A DNA stretch of 64,000 nt, from assembly GCA_049520575.1 (NCBI GenBank), contig JBEKPQ010000003.1:24632-88631 (forward strand). The letters run 5' to 3'. Position 1 is the first letter of the stretch. Every line of letters starts with the position of its first letter. This document shows, in pieces, positions 1-9,445 of the stretch. A model generated the notes under the pieces. That model had not been told where the DNA came from. It saw nothing but the letters and a program-made list of their open reading frames with translations, and did not search any database. The DNA comes from Thermodesulfobacteriota bacterium. Lineage in GTDB: Bacteria > Desulfobacterota > RBG-13-43-22. Both the position numbers and the translations under genes were made by a program.

Positions 1-1979
1 GAAAGTGGGTTTTTCAAATCGTGAACGATAGCACTGGTCATCTGGCCAATGGCGGCCAATCGGCTATCTCGTTCACTCAAATTCCGTTCCAAACGATGCG
101 TACGCAGTTGTGCCGAAACTCTGGCCTTCAGTTCCCGGATTTCAAAAGGTTTAGCCAGGTAATCGTTGGCGCCGACCTCCAGACCCTCAACGACATTCTC
201 ACCGCCGGATTTAGAGGTAGCCAGAATTACCGGTGTCTGAGATAATGAGGGGTCTTTTCTGATCTCACGGGTGAATTCGTACCCGTCCATCCGGGGCATC
301 ATGATATCCGACACGATCAGATCCGGTACCCACCGTCTGGCCAATTCAAGACCTTCCATACCATCCTTGGCCATCTCCACCCGGTAGTCGGCCGCAAGAT
401 TGCCGGCAATGAAGGTGCGCAGGTCTGGGTTGTCATCAACCACTAATACCTTCTGAGCGTCCGGTGGTGCCGATTGCCTGATTCTCTCCGTTGCCTCCTC
501 GTGGTTCCCGAGGCGGGCACCGATAACATCAGCCAGGAGCGTTTCCTTGTGGCTCTCTGATTTTTCCTCGGAGGGATTACTGATCATAGCGACGGTCCTG
601 GCATAGGATATCTGATCCTCGCGCCGGCGACTGACGATCCGACGTCGCTCCAATACCTTGGAATCTGGTCGCTTAGGAAGCTCAATGCGGAAGGTTGTTC
701 CCTGGCCAAGCTTTGACCGGACCGTCACTTTGCCCGCATGGATCTTAGCCAACTGTTTGACCATGGCCAAACCGAGGCCGGTTCCCCCTTGACGTCTGTT
801 CATCTTGTCATCAACTTGAATGAACCGCTCAAAAATAGCCTCAAGTTTGTCCTCCGGGATACCGATGCCAGTGTCTTCGACTTCAAACCAGATAATTTCA
901 TCCTCCTCTGCGGTCCTTATCGTAATCCGGCCGCCTTCAGGAGTAAATTTGATTGCGTTGGACAGCAGATTGGCCGCCATCGTCTCGACCTTGTCCACAT
1001 CAAGGATTGTGTCTTCCATGTGGTCCGTCCCCTCCAAGACCAAATCGATCTTCCGGTTCTGCAGGTGAGGTCTGGCCGCAATCGACAGGTCCTGTAGGAT
1101 CTTGCCCAAGTTATTGTAGGCGTACTTGCCCTCAAGCTTACCGGCGTCGATTTTAGCGAAGTCGAGTAAGGTATTGACCTGACGTAACAGTCTCCGGGCA
1201 TTGGCCTCCATCGCCTCAAGCATGGGTCGTGGGTCCTGATCCTGCTTCCCCTGGAGAATCGCCTCCAGAGGTCCAAGAATCAGTGTCAGCGGGCTGCGAA
1301 GCTCATGGCTGACATTGGAGAAAAACCGCATTTTGGCCTGGTCAAGTTCCTTGAGGTCCTCATTGGCTTTTTCGATCTGCATTCGCAATTTTAGATCACT
1401 GCGCCGGTTATTTTCCCTCCTTATGGTTGCGAATATCGTAGCGACCACAGCTCCGGATATAAAGAAGAACGGGAAAATGGCCTTGTTAACCCTAACCGAT
1501 TCGGGTGGCCCGAAAAAGGCATTTATCGCAAAGTAACTCACCACAGTCATCAGTCCGCTAATAACGGTCTCCGGCATGCCCAAAGGAATAAACAGACAGA
1601 GAACGAAAATAACGACCACAATGCCGATATAATAGCTGCTGTCAAACCCGCCGATATAAGTGGTCATGATGGAGATCGACAGGGTTGTCACATAAAACTC
1701 CCATATAGAAAGAATTCCCGCAATCTTTGACCCGAATTTGGAGGAAAGTACCGCGATACCAATCAAATAGTTGAGAACCACAAAGAGCCGCAGCCCCAGA
1801 AAAGTCAGGTGGTGTTCAGGTGAGGCGATGATGTCAAGACCATAGAAACTCGCCCAAAGGAAACAACCCAGGATCAAGATGTAACGAACGCCAGACTGGA
1901 GCTGCTCTCGCCCTTCTTTTTTTAGACGCTCCAGGAAAATGGGGTCTTGTTCGATTTTTTTACTGCCTGTATCGTTCAT
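1..1979 (-). CDS. Hybrid sensor histidine kinase/response regulator, partial; the C-terminus runs off the window start. N-terminal multi-TM sensor, then HisKA, HATPase, receiver, and a second H-box (LAAIGQMTSAIVHDLKNP) at the window edge.
   Basis: Manual minus-strand translation is one open frame from the ATG (complement of 1977-1979) to position 1. Motifs seen: H-box FFSNVSHELRSPL, G-box GTGLGLAMV, receiver D-box VLVVDDNPDLR...DLIVSDIMMPRMDGYE...K. The frame is absent from the ORF track because its stop lies outside the window. Confidence 0.8.
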   Translation of the reverse strand, partial: MNDTGSKKIEQDPIFLERLKKEGREQLQSGVRYILILGCFLWASFYGLDIIASPEHHLTFLGLRLFVVLNYLIGIAVLSSKFGSKIAGILSIWEFYVTTLSISIMTTYIGGFDSSYYIGIVVVIFVLCLFIPLGMPETVISGLMTVVSYFAINAFFGPPESVRVNKAIFPFFFISGAVVATIFATIRRENNRRSDLKLRMQIEKANEDLKELDQAKMRFFSNVSHELRSPLTLILGPLEAILQGKQDQDPRPMLEAMEANARRLLRQVNTLLDFAKIDAGKLEGKYAYNNLGKILQDLSIAARPHLQNRKIDLVLEGTDHMEDTILDVDKVETMAANLLSNAIKFTPEGGRITIRTAEEDEIIWFEVEDTGIGIPEDKLEAIFERFIQVDDKMNRRQGGTGLGLAMVKQLAKIHAGKVTVRSKLGQGTTFRIELPKRPDSKVLERRRIVSRRREDQISYARTVAMISNPSEEKSESHKETLLADVIGARLGNHEEATERIRQSAPPDAQKVLVVDDNPDLRTFIAGNLAADYRVEMAKDGMEGLELARRWVPDLIVSDIMMPRMDGYEFTREIRKDPSLSQTPVILATSKSGGENVVEGLEVGANDYLAKPFEIRELKARVSAQLRTHRLERNLSERDSRLAAIGQMTSAIVHDLKNPL

Positions 1980-2079
1980 ACTTTTTTTCTCGGCAATAAG
2001 GATGATTGCAGTGGAGTGTAGTCAAGAGATCCTTTAACTTTGATATTAATAAAATTCTAACGGTAGAGATTTTCGCCTC

Positions 2080-3738
2080 CTATTCCCGCTCCTTCTTTGA
2101 TATTTTTAAAAAAAATATGATCTCCGAAGGCTCCCATATTGTTTCTATTCTGTAATCATCGCCAAATACTTTTCTCGTCAATTCCATAAACTCCAGATAA
2201 TTTCTAGGTATAAAATTCCAGTCAGCATACCAGTTATGGGGGATAGGTTCATATCTATCTTTATCCTTATGAGCAATCACCAAACATCCATTGTTAGCCA
2301 TTACCTTTTTACAGAATTCATAAAAAATAAGCAGTATTTTATCGGGCAGATAATCGGCTAATCCAATGCTATATAAAAGGTTATATCCAATAAATTTATT
2401 CACATACTTTTCATTACCGGGTCTTAATCTCAAAATATTTTCTTCTATCAAATCCAATTCTGCCCACTTAGGTTTCACTTTCATCAAACTGGCCCTGGTA
2501 TAATCCAAAGCCTCTTTATCATGGTCAATCAAAGAAAATATGACTTTCCCTTGGCATTCCATCTTTTTTTCAAACAATTCTTTGATTTCTCTGCTAGAAC
2601 CGCAGGCAGCATTCATTATTTTTAGCGTTTCATTGATTTTTACTTTTTTAATCTGCTCTTTTAATATTTTTCCCATCCCTTTTTTCCTATTTCGTACTGC
2701 CACAGCATATGCATCATCCAAAAAATATCTATCTATACCTTGTCCAATTTTCTTAGATATTAGTTTATTGTTATAAACAATTTCTATCATTTTGTAATCA
2801 CCCGGATACCCTCTTGGCTTCGTGAGAGCATGAGTCATCAATTCACTCTGATATATCCAACATCCTATGGTCTGCCTGAAAATCTCTTTAATTTTTGACA
2901 GAATCTTTCTATCTTGTATATCATTAAAAAGCAAATTGCCTTTTTCCACAATTTGGTTTATCAATTCTCTTACAACGTTCTTGGCTTCTTCCTTTTCTAA
3001 AAATCCCCTCAAAATCGCTTTCTCATTTTTTGAATATTGTCTTGCAAAGGTATTAACGTCATTTTCAAAAAAACCAATTATTTTTTGTTTTAAAATTTCA
3101 TTTAGATTCATTTTTTCAATTTGCGGTCTTACAATTTGTCTTATATATTCTTTACTCATCCAAAGCATTTTTTCTAGCGCAATTATTTTATCTTTTTCGG
3201 TGTTTATCATTAACCCGCAACGATACTTGTTCGTCAAATCATCTTTTTTTTGCCACACTACAGTTGATTGTATTTTTAATTTATCTCCGTCAATATTAAA
3301 CAAAATATCAAGCACTGCTCCTTTTGAACCTAAAAAATTCTCACTCTCGATATATATTCCACGGTTACCCATATTAAGTACTTCTGCTTCAACTTTTTTA
3401 TTTTTGCCGAAACTTTTTATTTGCGCATTAAAATTGCCAAAAATTCTAGGCGTATTTCTTCTATTTATTATCCTTCGATCCATAGAGTTTTTTCTTAGGT
3501 TTTCTCCAGGTTCGTTATGCGCAAACATTCGTCTTTCTCTATAACTTCTTCTTTCAAGCAACTTATCCATAATAATAAATTCTTCTGAGGGGGAGGTGTT
3601 CATTTCAGCGATCGCAGATCCTTCAATCGGTGAGTCTTTAAAAAAAGGAACAGACGCGATGGCCTTGCGCCTGTATGAACTACTTTCCTTCTTACTGCCT
3701 AACCAAGGCGTTGAAAGATCTTTAGAACGTTGGTTCAC
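2080..3738 (-). CDS. Hypothetical 552 aa protein in a strongly AT-rich gene (judged by eye to be well below the flanking ~50% GC). The central region is PilZ-like and the C-terminal region looks like a class I SAM-methyltransferase (motif I-like IMNAACGSS, acidic LIDHD). Likely horizontally acquired.
   Basis: Long ORF; composition sharply different from its neighbours; weak motif-level resemblance to PilZ and to MTase motif I with the post-I acidic residue. Confidence 0.55.
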   Translation of the reverse strand: MNQRSKDLSTPWLGSKKESSSYRRKAIASVPFFKDSPIEGSAIAEMNTSPSEEFIIMDKLLERRSYRERRMFAHNEPGENLRKNSMDRRIINRRNTPRIFGNFNAQIKSFGKNKKVEAEVLNMGNRGIYIESENFLGSKGAVLDILFNIDGDKLKIQSTVVWQKKDDLTNKYRCGLMINTEKDKIIALEKMLWMSKEYIRQIVRPQIEKMNLNEILKQKIIGFFENDVNTFARQYSKNEKAILRGFLEKEEAKNVVRELINQIVEKGNLLFNDIQDRKILSKIKEIFRQTIGCWIYQSELMTHALTKPRGYPGDYKMIEIVYNNKLISKKIGQGIDRYFLDDAYAVAVRNRKKGMGKILKEQIKKVKINETLKIMNAACGSSREIKELFEKKMECQGKVIFSLIDHDKEALDYTRASLMKVKPKWAELDLIEENILRLRPGNEKYVNKFIGYNLLYSIGLADYLPDKILLIFYEFCKKVMANNGCLVIAHKDKDRYEPIPHNWYADWNFIPRNYLEFMELTRKVFGDDYRIETIWEPSEIIFFLKISKKERE

Positions 3739-4531
3739 TATACTGTTCTCCTTTCATCATACCGGCAGATCGAGAATTCGAGCGCACAACTTTCATTCAA
3801 ACTTTCAAAAACTAAACCTGGACCATTGTTGACAAATGCCTTCCAACCTCAAGGATATCAATTATTCTTGTAACGGGAATGATCCCCATACACTGAGGAC
3901 AGATCCCGAGCCTCCTTAGCCGACCACATAAAAATACTAATCCGAATCCTATTCCTAAAGTAAAATCCCCCCTGCTCCCGCTTGGGGCATGACGACTTAT
4001 CTTTAGTCCATATTTTTTAATAAATTCAAGGAGTAACTCTGACTCTTTACAATAATCCTTTTAATTTATATCCTACTTTATAAGATTTGTCAATATATTG
4101 TATGTTAATTATTCTTTTACCACAATATCTTGGGGAAATCGGCTTTCTGCTGCCTTAAATTTTCCCATAGCTAATCATTTATGCTTTCGACTTTTTATAC
4201 CATTTTCCCCTTTGTTGATTATTTTTAACAGCCTTGCAAGCTGGAAGTTAAGAACCCAAATCTCCCACCTCCTGGTCAACGATTATCCATGGGAAAGCTG
4301 TATGATTTCCCAAAATAATAAATTACTTTTTCAGGAAGAAGTAATGAAAAAAATTGGCAGATGCTTGTGACTTTTTCTAACAGTTTGCGGAAAAACTCAT
4401 AATTTACAGGTTTCTCAAAAAGGCCCAGATACAAGGCGCCCGAAATTCTGAGGAATGAGGCGTACATAGAAGTACGTCGCAATGACGAAGAATGAGGGCA
4501 ACGCAGTAGACGGGCCTTTTTCAGCAACCTG

Positions 4532-6328
4532 TTAATCCGTATCTGACTTTAATACGGCCACGAAGGCGCCCTGGGGGATTTCGACCGCGCCGACCATCTT
4601 CATCCGTTGTTTGCCTTTTTTCTGCTTCTCCAGAAGCTTTCGCTTCCGGGTAATGTCCCCGCCGTAACATTTGGCGGTGACGTCTTTTCGAAAGGCCGAG
4701 ATGGTCGAGCGGGCGATAATGGCGCCGCCGATGGCCCCCTGGATGGGGATCTTGAACATCTGCCTGGGGATTTCTTCTTTAAGCCGGTCGCAGATCTGGA
4801 CCGCCCGGGCCCGGGCGCGATCGCGATGGACCATCAGGGAAAGGGCATCCACCTTCTAGCTGTTGACCAGGATATCCAGTTTCACCAGATCGCTTTCTCG
4901 ATAGCCGATCAGCTCGTAATCAAAAGAGCCGTATCCGCGGGTCAGGCTTTTTAGCTTGTCGTAAAAATCATAAATCACCTCGGCCAAAGGTAGGTCATAT
5001 TTAAGTTCCACCCGGCCCGGTGTGGGGTAATGCATCTGGGGATTCAATCCCCGACGTTCCCGGCAGAGATTCATGATATTGCCTAAATAAGTATCGGGGA
5101 TCAAAATCGTGGCCCGGATAAAGGGTTCCTCAGAGTAGTCTATGGTCATGGGATCGGGATAATATTGGGGGTTATCGACAATGACCGTCTCCCCGTCCTT
5201 GAGATGATAGCGGTACTGGACGCTGGGCACGGTCATAATGATGGCTTGGTTATATTCCCGCTCCAGGCGCTCCTGAACGATTTCCAGATGCAACAACCCC
5301 AGGAAGCCGCAGCGAAACCCCTGACCCAGGGCCGCGGAAGAATCTTTTTGATAGATCAGGGCGGCATCGTTGAGCTTGTACTTTTCCAGGGCCTCGGACA
5401 GAGACTGATAGTCCTCAGATGAAATGGGATAGATGGAGGAAAAGACCACGGGCTTGACTTCTTTGAAACCATGTAACGGCGTCGGGGCCGGATTGGTATC
5501 CAGGGTTATCGTATCTCCAATACGGGTGTCGCTGACAGTTTTGATGCCGGCGATAATATAACCCACCTCGCCGGCCGATAGTTCCTTTCGAGATTCGCGC
5601 GTCAACCGAAAAAATCCTACCTCTTCCACCAGGTAGGTAGCGCCGTTGGACATGAGACGAATCGTATCCCCGGCACGAACCGATCCGTTGAAGACCCGGC
5701 AACTGATAATGGTCCCGCGAAAAGGGTCATAATGGGCATCAAAGATCAAAGCGGTCAAGGGGGCATCCTGACTCCCTTTGGGCGCAGGAATCCGCTCGGT
5801 AATGGCCTCCAGAATCTCCTCGATCCCGATCCCTTCCTTGGCCGAACACAGCAGGGCCGATTCGGAATCCAGGCCCAGATCGTTTTCAATCTCTTCCTTG
5901 ACCCGTTCAATATCGGCCGAAGGCAGATCAATTTTGTTAATGACCGGGATGAGGGTCAGATCCTGGTCTACGGCGGCGTACATATTGGCCAAGGTCTGAG
6001 CCTGCACTCCCTGAGCGGCATCGATCAAAAGCAAGACCCCTTCGCAGGAGGCCAAGGCCCGGGAGACCTCATAGGAAAAATCCACATGTCCGGGTGTGTC
6101 GATCAGGTTCAGGTCGAATTCTTCTCCTTTTTTGTTGGTATAAGGCAGGGTGATGGTGTTGCTCTTAATGGTGATGCCCCGTTCCCGTTCGATGTCCATG
6201 GTATCCAGAATCTGATCCCGGAACTGCCGCTGGTCCACCAGCCCGGCGTATTGGATCAGACGATCAGCCAGTGTGGATTTGCCGTGATCAATATGGGCGA
6301 TAATGCTGAAATTGCGTATCTGTTTCAT
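4532..6328 (-). CDS. lepA: Elongation factor 4 (LepA), interrupted by an in-frame TAG at 4856-4858 where other LepA sequences have Glu. The N-terminal 490 aa and C-terminal 106 aa are in the same frame.
   Basis: N-terminus [24 protein letters not shown] and GTPase motifs. The C-terminal block [23 protein letters not shown] is typical of LepA. Codon-by-codon reading gives ...[22 protein letters not shown]..., which aligns with E. coli ...VLINGERVDALALITHRD. Confidence 0.85.
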
Positions 6329-6345
6329 AAATTGAAAAAGGGGTT

Positions 6346-6445
6346 AAGGATTCGAGGATTCAAGGGGCCAAGGGTTCGAGAGTTTTTACTTCCACGCTTT
6401 TCACTCCGCCCTGCGGTCCTTGAATCCTTGACCCCTCGAACCCTG
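6346..6445. repeat. Intergenic structured repeat element, copy 1. Terminal inverted repeats GGATTCAAGG (6356-6365) and CCTTGAATCC (6417-6426) flank the conserved core TTTTACTTCCACGCTTTTCACTCCGCCCTGCGGTCCTTG.
   Basis: The same core and flanking repeats recur at 55516-55615; partial copies at 52177-52250 and 58531-58600. Confidence 0.6.
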
Positions 6446-6449
6446 ATTT

Positions 6450-6893
6450 TTATGGTTTTAACAGCTTGAAACCCAAAGCCGGCTCCAACTTGCGAACCGC
6501 CGTGGTCTCCAGGAGTTCTATCAGAACCACCTCGGCCACCTGCCAAATCTTAACCCCGTTGCGGACACAGCCGGTTATAGTGGAATTCAGACGCCCTGCA
6601 GCCACATGCATGTGAAGGAGCGGAGTTCCTTCTTTATCAGGGAAGAGGGTACCGGTCCCAAAGATTTCATGGACGTCTGCCAGTTCATGGGTCATGGGAT
6701 TCACCGGACTGGCCCGCCCATCTTCCGGCCCGACCACTAAACGGCTTTGACGGTCCGCGCCACCGAGGGCAATCATGTAAGCAGCCTTAATCTCTTGTTC
6801 GACGGCAAAACGTTCAATGGTCTCGTGAAGGATCTCCCCGTCTTCCAGTCGAATGATAAAAATACGTCCCTGCCTGGCTTGTAAATATTTCAT
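6450..6893 (-). CDS. DUF296/PPC-domain protein (predicted DNA-binding, PD1-like).
   Basis: 147 aa ORF. Sequence pattern (GRLNSTITGCV..., AAYMIALGG) is typical of COG1661/DUF296 proteins. Confidence 0.55.
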   Translation of the reverse strand: MKYLQARQGRIFIIRLEDGEILHETIERFAVEQEIKAAYMIALGGADRQSRLVVGPEDGRASPVNPMTHELADVHEIFGTGTLFPDKEGTPLLHMHVAAGRLNSTITGCVRNGVKIWQVAEVVLIELLETTAVRKLEPALGFKLLKP

Positions 6894-7282
6894 AGTAAAA
6901 CCTCAAGGATAATAATTGTGGGAGAACTCAAAAATGAAGAACCACCATAAAAGAAGATACTAAGAATCCGAAAAAAAAGGAAGGGCTAATTTTCAACAAG
7001 GGTTTTTTTCTTGACCTTTCCCTGATGAGCTCCCTTGCTGGAAATCGTCTGGCGATAATAATTATTTGTCAAGATAATATTTATCATTTATAATAAGTTA
7101 AATGACCTAAAAATAGGTCAGTTGTTTTTTGACTGCTCTATAGCAGCCAAAGGCTATCGTTGGGATCCTTGATTGGATTCTTTGATTTATGTAGTTATCC
7201 AGAAAAACTTTAGAATAACTTGTTGGGGCCGGTTTGTGAACCGGCGCCCATTAGCCACCTGAATTCATGCTGAGGCGACGCA

Positions 7283-8221
7283 ATGTCCACTCAAACCCGC
7301 TCTGGGCACATTCTCCAACTTGTGAGAGAATTACTCGACGACATTGAACTAAGTCGCACGAGTCCGGAAAACCTCATACTCAAGGCGTCTCGCCTTGCTC
7401 GCTGGGTGGGAAGCGAAGAGATTCGCTATTGGCTGAAGCTTGAGATGACCGGTTACAACAACTCTAATGCTATCTCGATCAAATACATGGGGTTGACCGG
7501 CCGTTGGACCGACCGCGAGAAGAAACTAGGCTATTGGGGTCCGCTGGCACAGCAAGAGGCAACGATCATTGCCGAACGGGCCAAGCTTGCGTCTATGCGC
7601 ACCCCAGACTCTAGTAGTGAGTGGGCAGCAGCAGCAATCGGGAACGTAACCGACGTCATGACGGCATCCGCGAACCTGATTTCTCGTCTCAGTGGAATTA
7701 GGACACGAGTCCTTGGACTTCTTCATTCTTTCGTTAGCGAGATTTACTACGAGAAGGAATTCGACAGCCTTTCTGAATCAATCTTCGAGCGCTACAAGCG
7801 TGACGTCGATTCGCTCATATCTGAAAACTGTGGCGAAGTTCTGGAGAAGATTCCATCCGTGATGGATCGTCTTGTAGACGGAGATCAAGAGTCCATCTCA
7901 CAAGCCTTGGCGACTTGCAGGCGGATAATCGAGGCGTTCGCAGACTCCATATACCCTCCGACAGATCAGACCGTCGAAATCGGTGGCAACACACTGAAGC
8001 TCGACGCTTCAAAACACCAAAACAGAATAAACGCGTTCGTCCATGCCAAGACTCAGAGCCAATCTAGAAAACAACGCCTGCGGCAGAACTTGTCAAATCT
8101 CTTTGATCGCGTTTCGTCGGGTGTTCACACCGAGGTCACCGCTGAGGAGGCTCGCGCATTGTTTCTGAATACCTATCTGTTTCTTGGTGAGGTGCTGCAT
8201 GTTGGGACGTCAGGCGTCTAA
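7283..8221 (+). CDS. Hypothetical 312 aa protein with an AbiTii-like N-terminal region (abortive-infection family). Sits alone on a small inserted segment.
   Basis: N-terminus ...LILKASRLARWVGSEEIRYWLKLEMTGYNNS resembles the AbiTii N-terminal signature (KAL.LA..L...EL..W...ELNGY). Flanked by AT-rich non-coding DNA. No homologous neighbours. Confidence 0.45.
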   Translation: MSTQTRSGHILQLVRELLDDIELSRTSPENLILKASRLARWVGSEEIRYWLKLEMTGYNNSNAISIKYMGLTGRWTDREKKLGYWGPLAQQEATIIAERAKLASMRTPDSSSEWAAAAIGNVTDVMTASANLISRLSGIRTRVLGLLHSFVSEIYYEKEFDSLSESIFERYKRDVDSLISENCGEVLEKIPSVMDRLVDGDQESISQALATCRRIIEAFADSIYPPTDQTVEIGGNTLKLDASKHQNRINAFVHAKTQSQSRKQRLRQNLSNLFDRVSSGVHTEVTAEEARALFLNTYLFLGEVLHVGTSGV

Positions 8222-8399
8222 CCCCTCTGCCAACTGTACCTATCTATTGCAGGCCGCTTACGTCGAATGTTTGGGCGATAAAATAAGATTCCTGTAGAAT
8301 GGGACACTGTTAAGTTATTAAGTTTCTATGGAAGAAAAGTAGTTTTGTGTCAATACAAGAATTATACTGCGCGTCTTATGAGCCGAAATGAAATGGTGA

Positions 8400-8660
8400 T
8401 CTATAAGGAAGGTTAAAGGAACAGATGAACTCCGCCCGGAGTATAAACGGGAAGATCTTGGTGTAGGAGTCCGTGATAAATACTTTGAAGACTATAGCAA
8501 AAGAACAAATCTTATATTTCTATCCCCCGACGTAGCAAAGGTATTCACTTCTGAAGACGCGGTCAATGACACCCTACGGTCTCTCATTAATTTGGCAGAG
8601 AAACCCACAGGTCGAAAAAGTCGTTCCACTAGATCAGCCAAAAAGCGGGCTTCCCGATGA
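8400..8660 (+). pseudogene. 5'-truncated remnant of a BrnA/CopG-like type II antitoxin. Frame ...ELRPEYKREDLGVGVRDKYFEDYSKRTNLIFLSPDVAKVFTSEDAVNDTLRSLINLAEKP...* has no start codon (a stop lies immediately upstream at 8397-8399).
   Basis: Hand translation. The motif RGKY...(V/I)xLDPDVAxxF...VNxxLRxL is characteristic of this antitoxin family. No partner toxin ORF is present. Confidence 0.35.
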
Positions 8661-8711
8661 ACCTCGTGTTGCCGCTATCGGGATGAAGCAGAGATGGTAC
8701 TTTAATTTTCT

Positions 8712-9314
8712 TTAAACCAACGTAAAATCTTTTCGCAGGTGAGCTGCCTCGTTCAGACTGGCGACCGAACGTTGCCCTTTCACGGAGGCCAAAAACCGGC
8801 TGATACTGGTGTATTCCGGGGCGAAAAAAAGATATTTATCGATGCCGAGAACATGAGCGGCCCATATATTGATGATGCCGCCATGACAGACCACGGCTAC
8901 GCGCTTGCCGCCGTTTTCCCGGATGATTTTTTCCAGGCTGTCCAGGACGGTTTTTCTAAAATCCTTCAGGTTGAATAACTTTTCAAAACCGCCGCTCACT
9001 AAATCCAGCCATAGGTCATAGTATTTGGCCCTTAATTCTTCCATAGGAACATAGGCAGAGGATTGGTTGTCAAATTCGGCCACACCCGGTTCGATTTTGA
9101 TCTCAATTCCTTTGATCTCAGCCAAAAATTTTGCGGTCATGTGGGCCCGATTCATGGGGCTGCTGTAAATGGCGTCCAATTTTTCCGACTTCATCCAGCG
9201 GGCCAGTCTTTGGGCCTGTTCGATTCCTATTTCGCTCAAACCGGGATCAGCCGGAGTGCCGTCTTCTTTTTGAACCCTCAGGGGAAGGGCATGTCGAATC
9301 AATATCAGTTCCAT
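8712..9314 (-). CDS. Histidine phosphatase family protein (phosphoglycerate-mutase-like).
   Basis: N-terminal RHG-type motif LILIRHALP; ~200 aa, typical of the family. Confidence 0.7.
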   Translation of the reverse strand: MELILIRHALPLRVQKEDGTPADPGLSEIGIEQAQRLARWMKSEKLDAIYSSPMNRAHMTAKFLAEIKGIEIKIEPGVAEFDNQSSAYVPMEELRAKYYDLWLDLVSGGFEKLFNLKDFRKTVLDSLEKIIRENGGKRVAVVCHGGIINIWAAHVLGIDKYLFFAPEYTSISRFLASVKGQRSVASLNEAAHLRKDFTLV

Positions 9315-9445
9315 CGTTTCTTAGCTCTAAAAAGAGGCTGAAGACTGAAGGCTGTTAGGAAGAAAAAACCTCATTCAAAAAAGCGTTTGTCCGAAGAAAT
9401 AGCACCTTCAGTCTTCAGCCTAACAACCTTCAGCCTATTTATCTT

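Noticed and set aside
4853-4858. Pyrrolysine or programmed amber suppression as the explanation for the lepA TAG
   Set aside because: No pyl genes or suppressor tRNA in the window, and the position corresponds to an ordinary conserved Glu. A point error or mutation is the simpler explanation, though it cannot be excluded without genome-wide data.
5732-6469. 245 aa plus-strand ORF
   Set aside because: Lies inside and opposite lepA, whose minus-strand reading is unequivocal.
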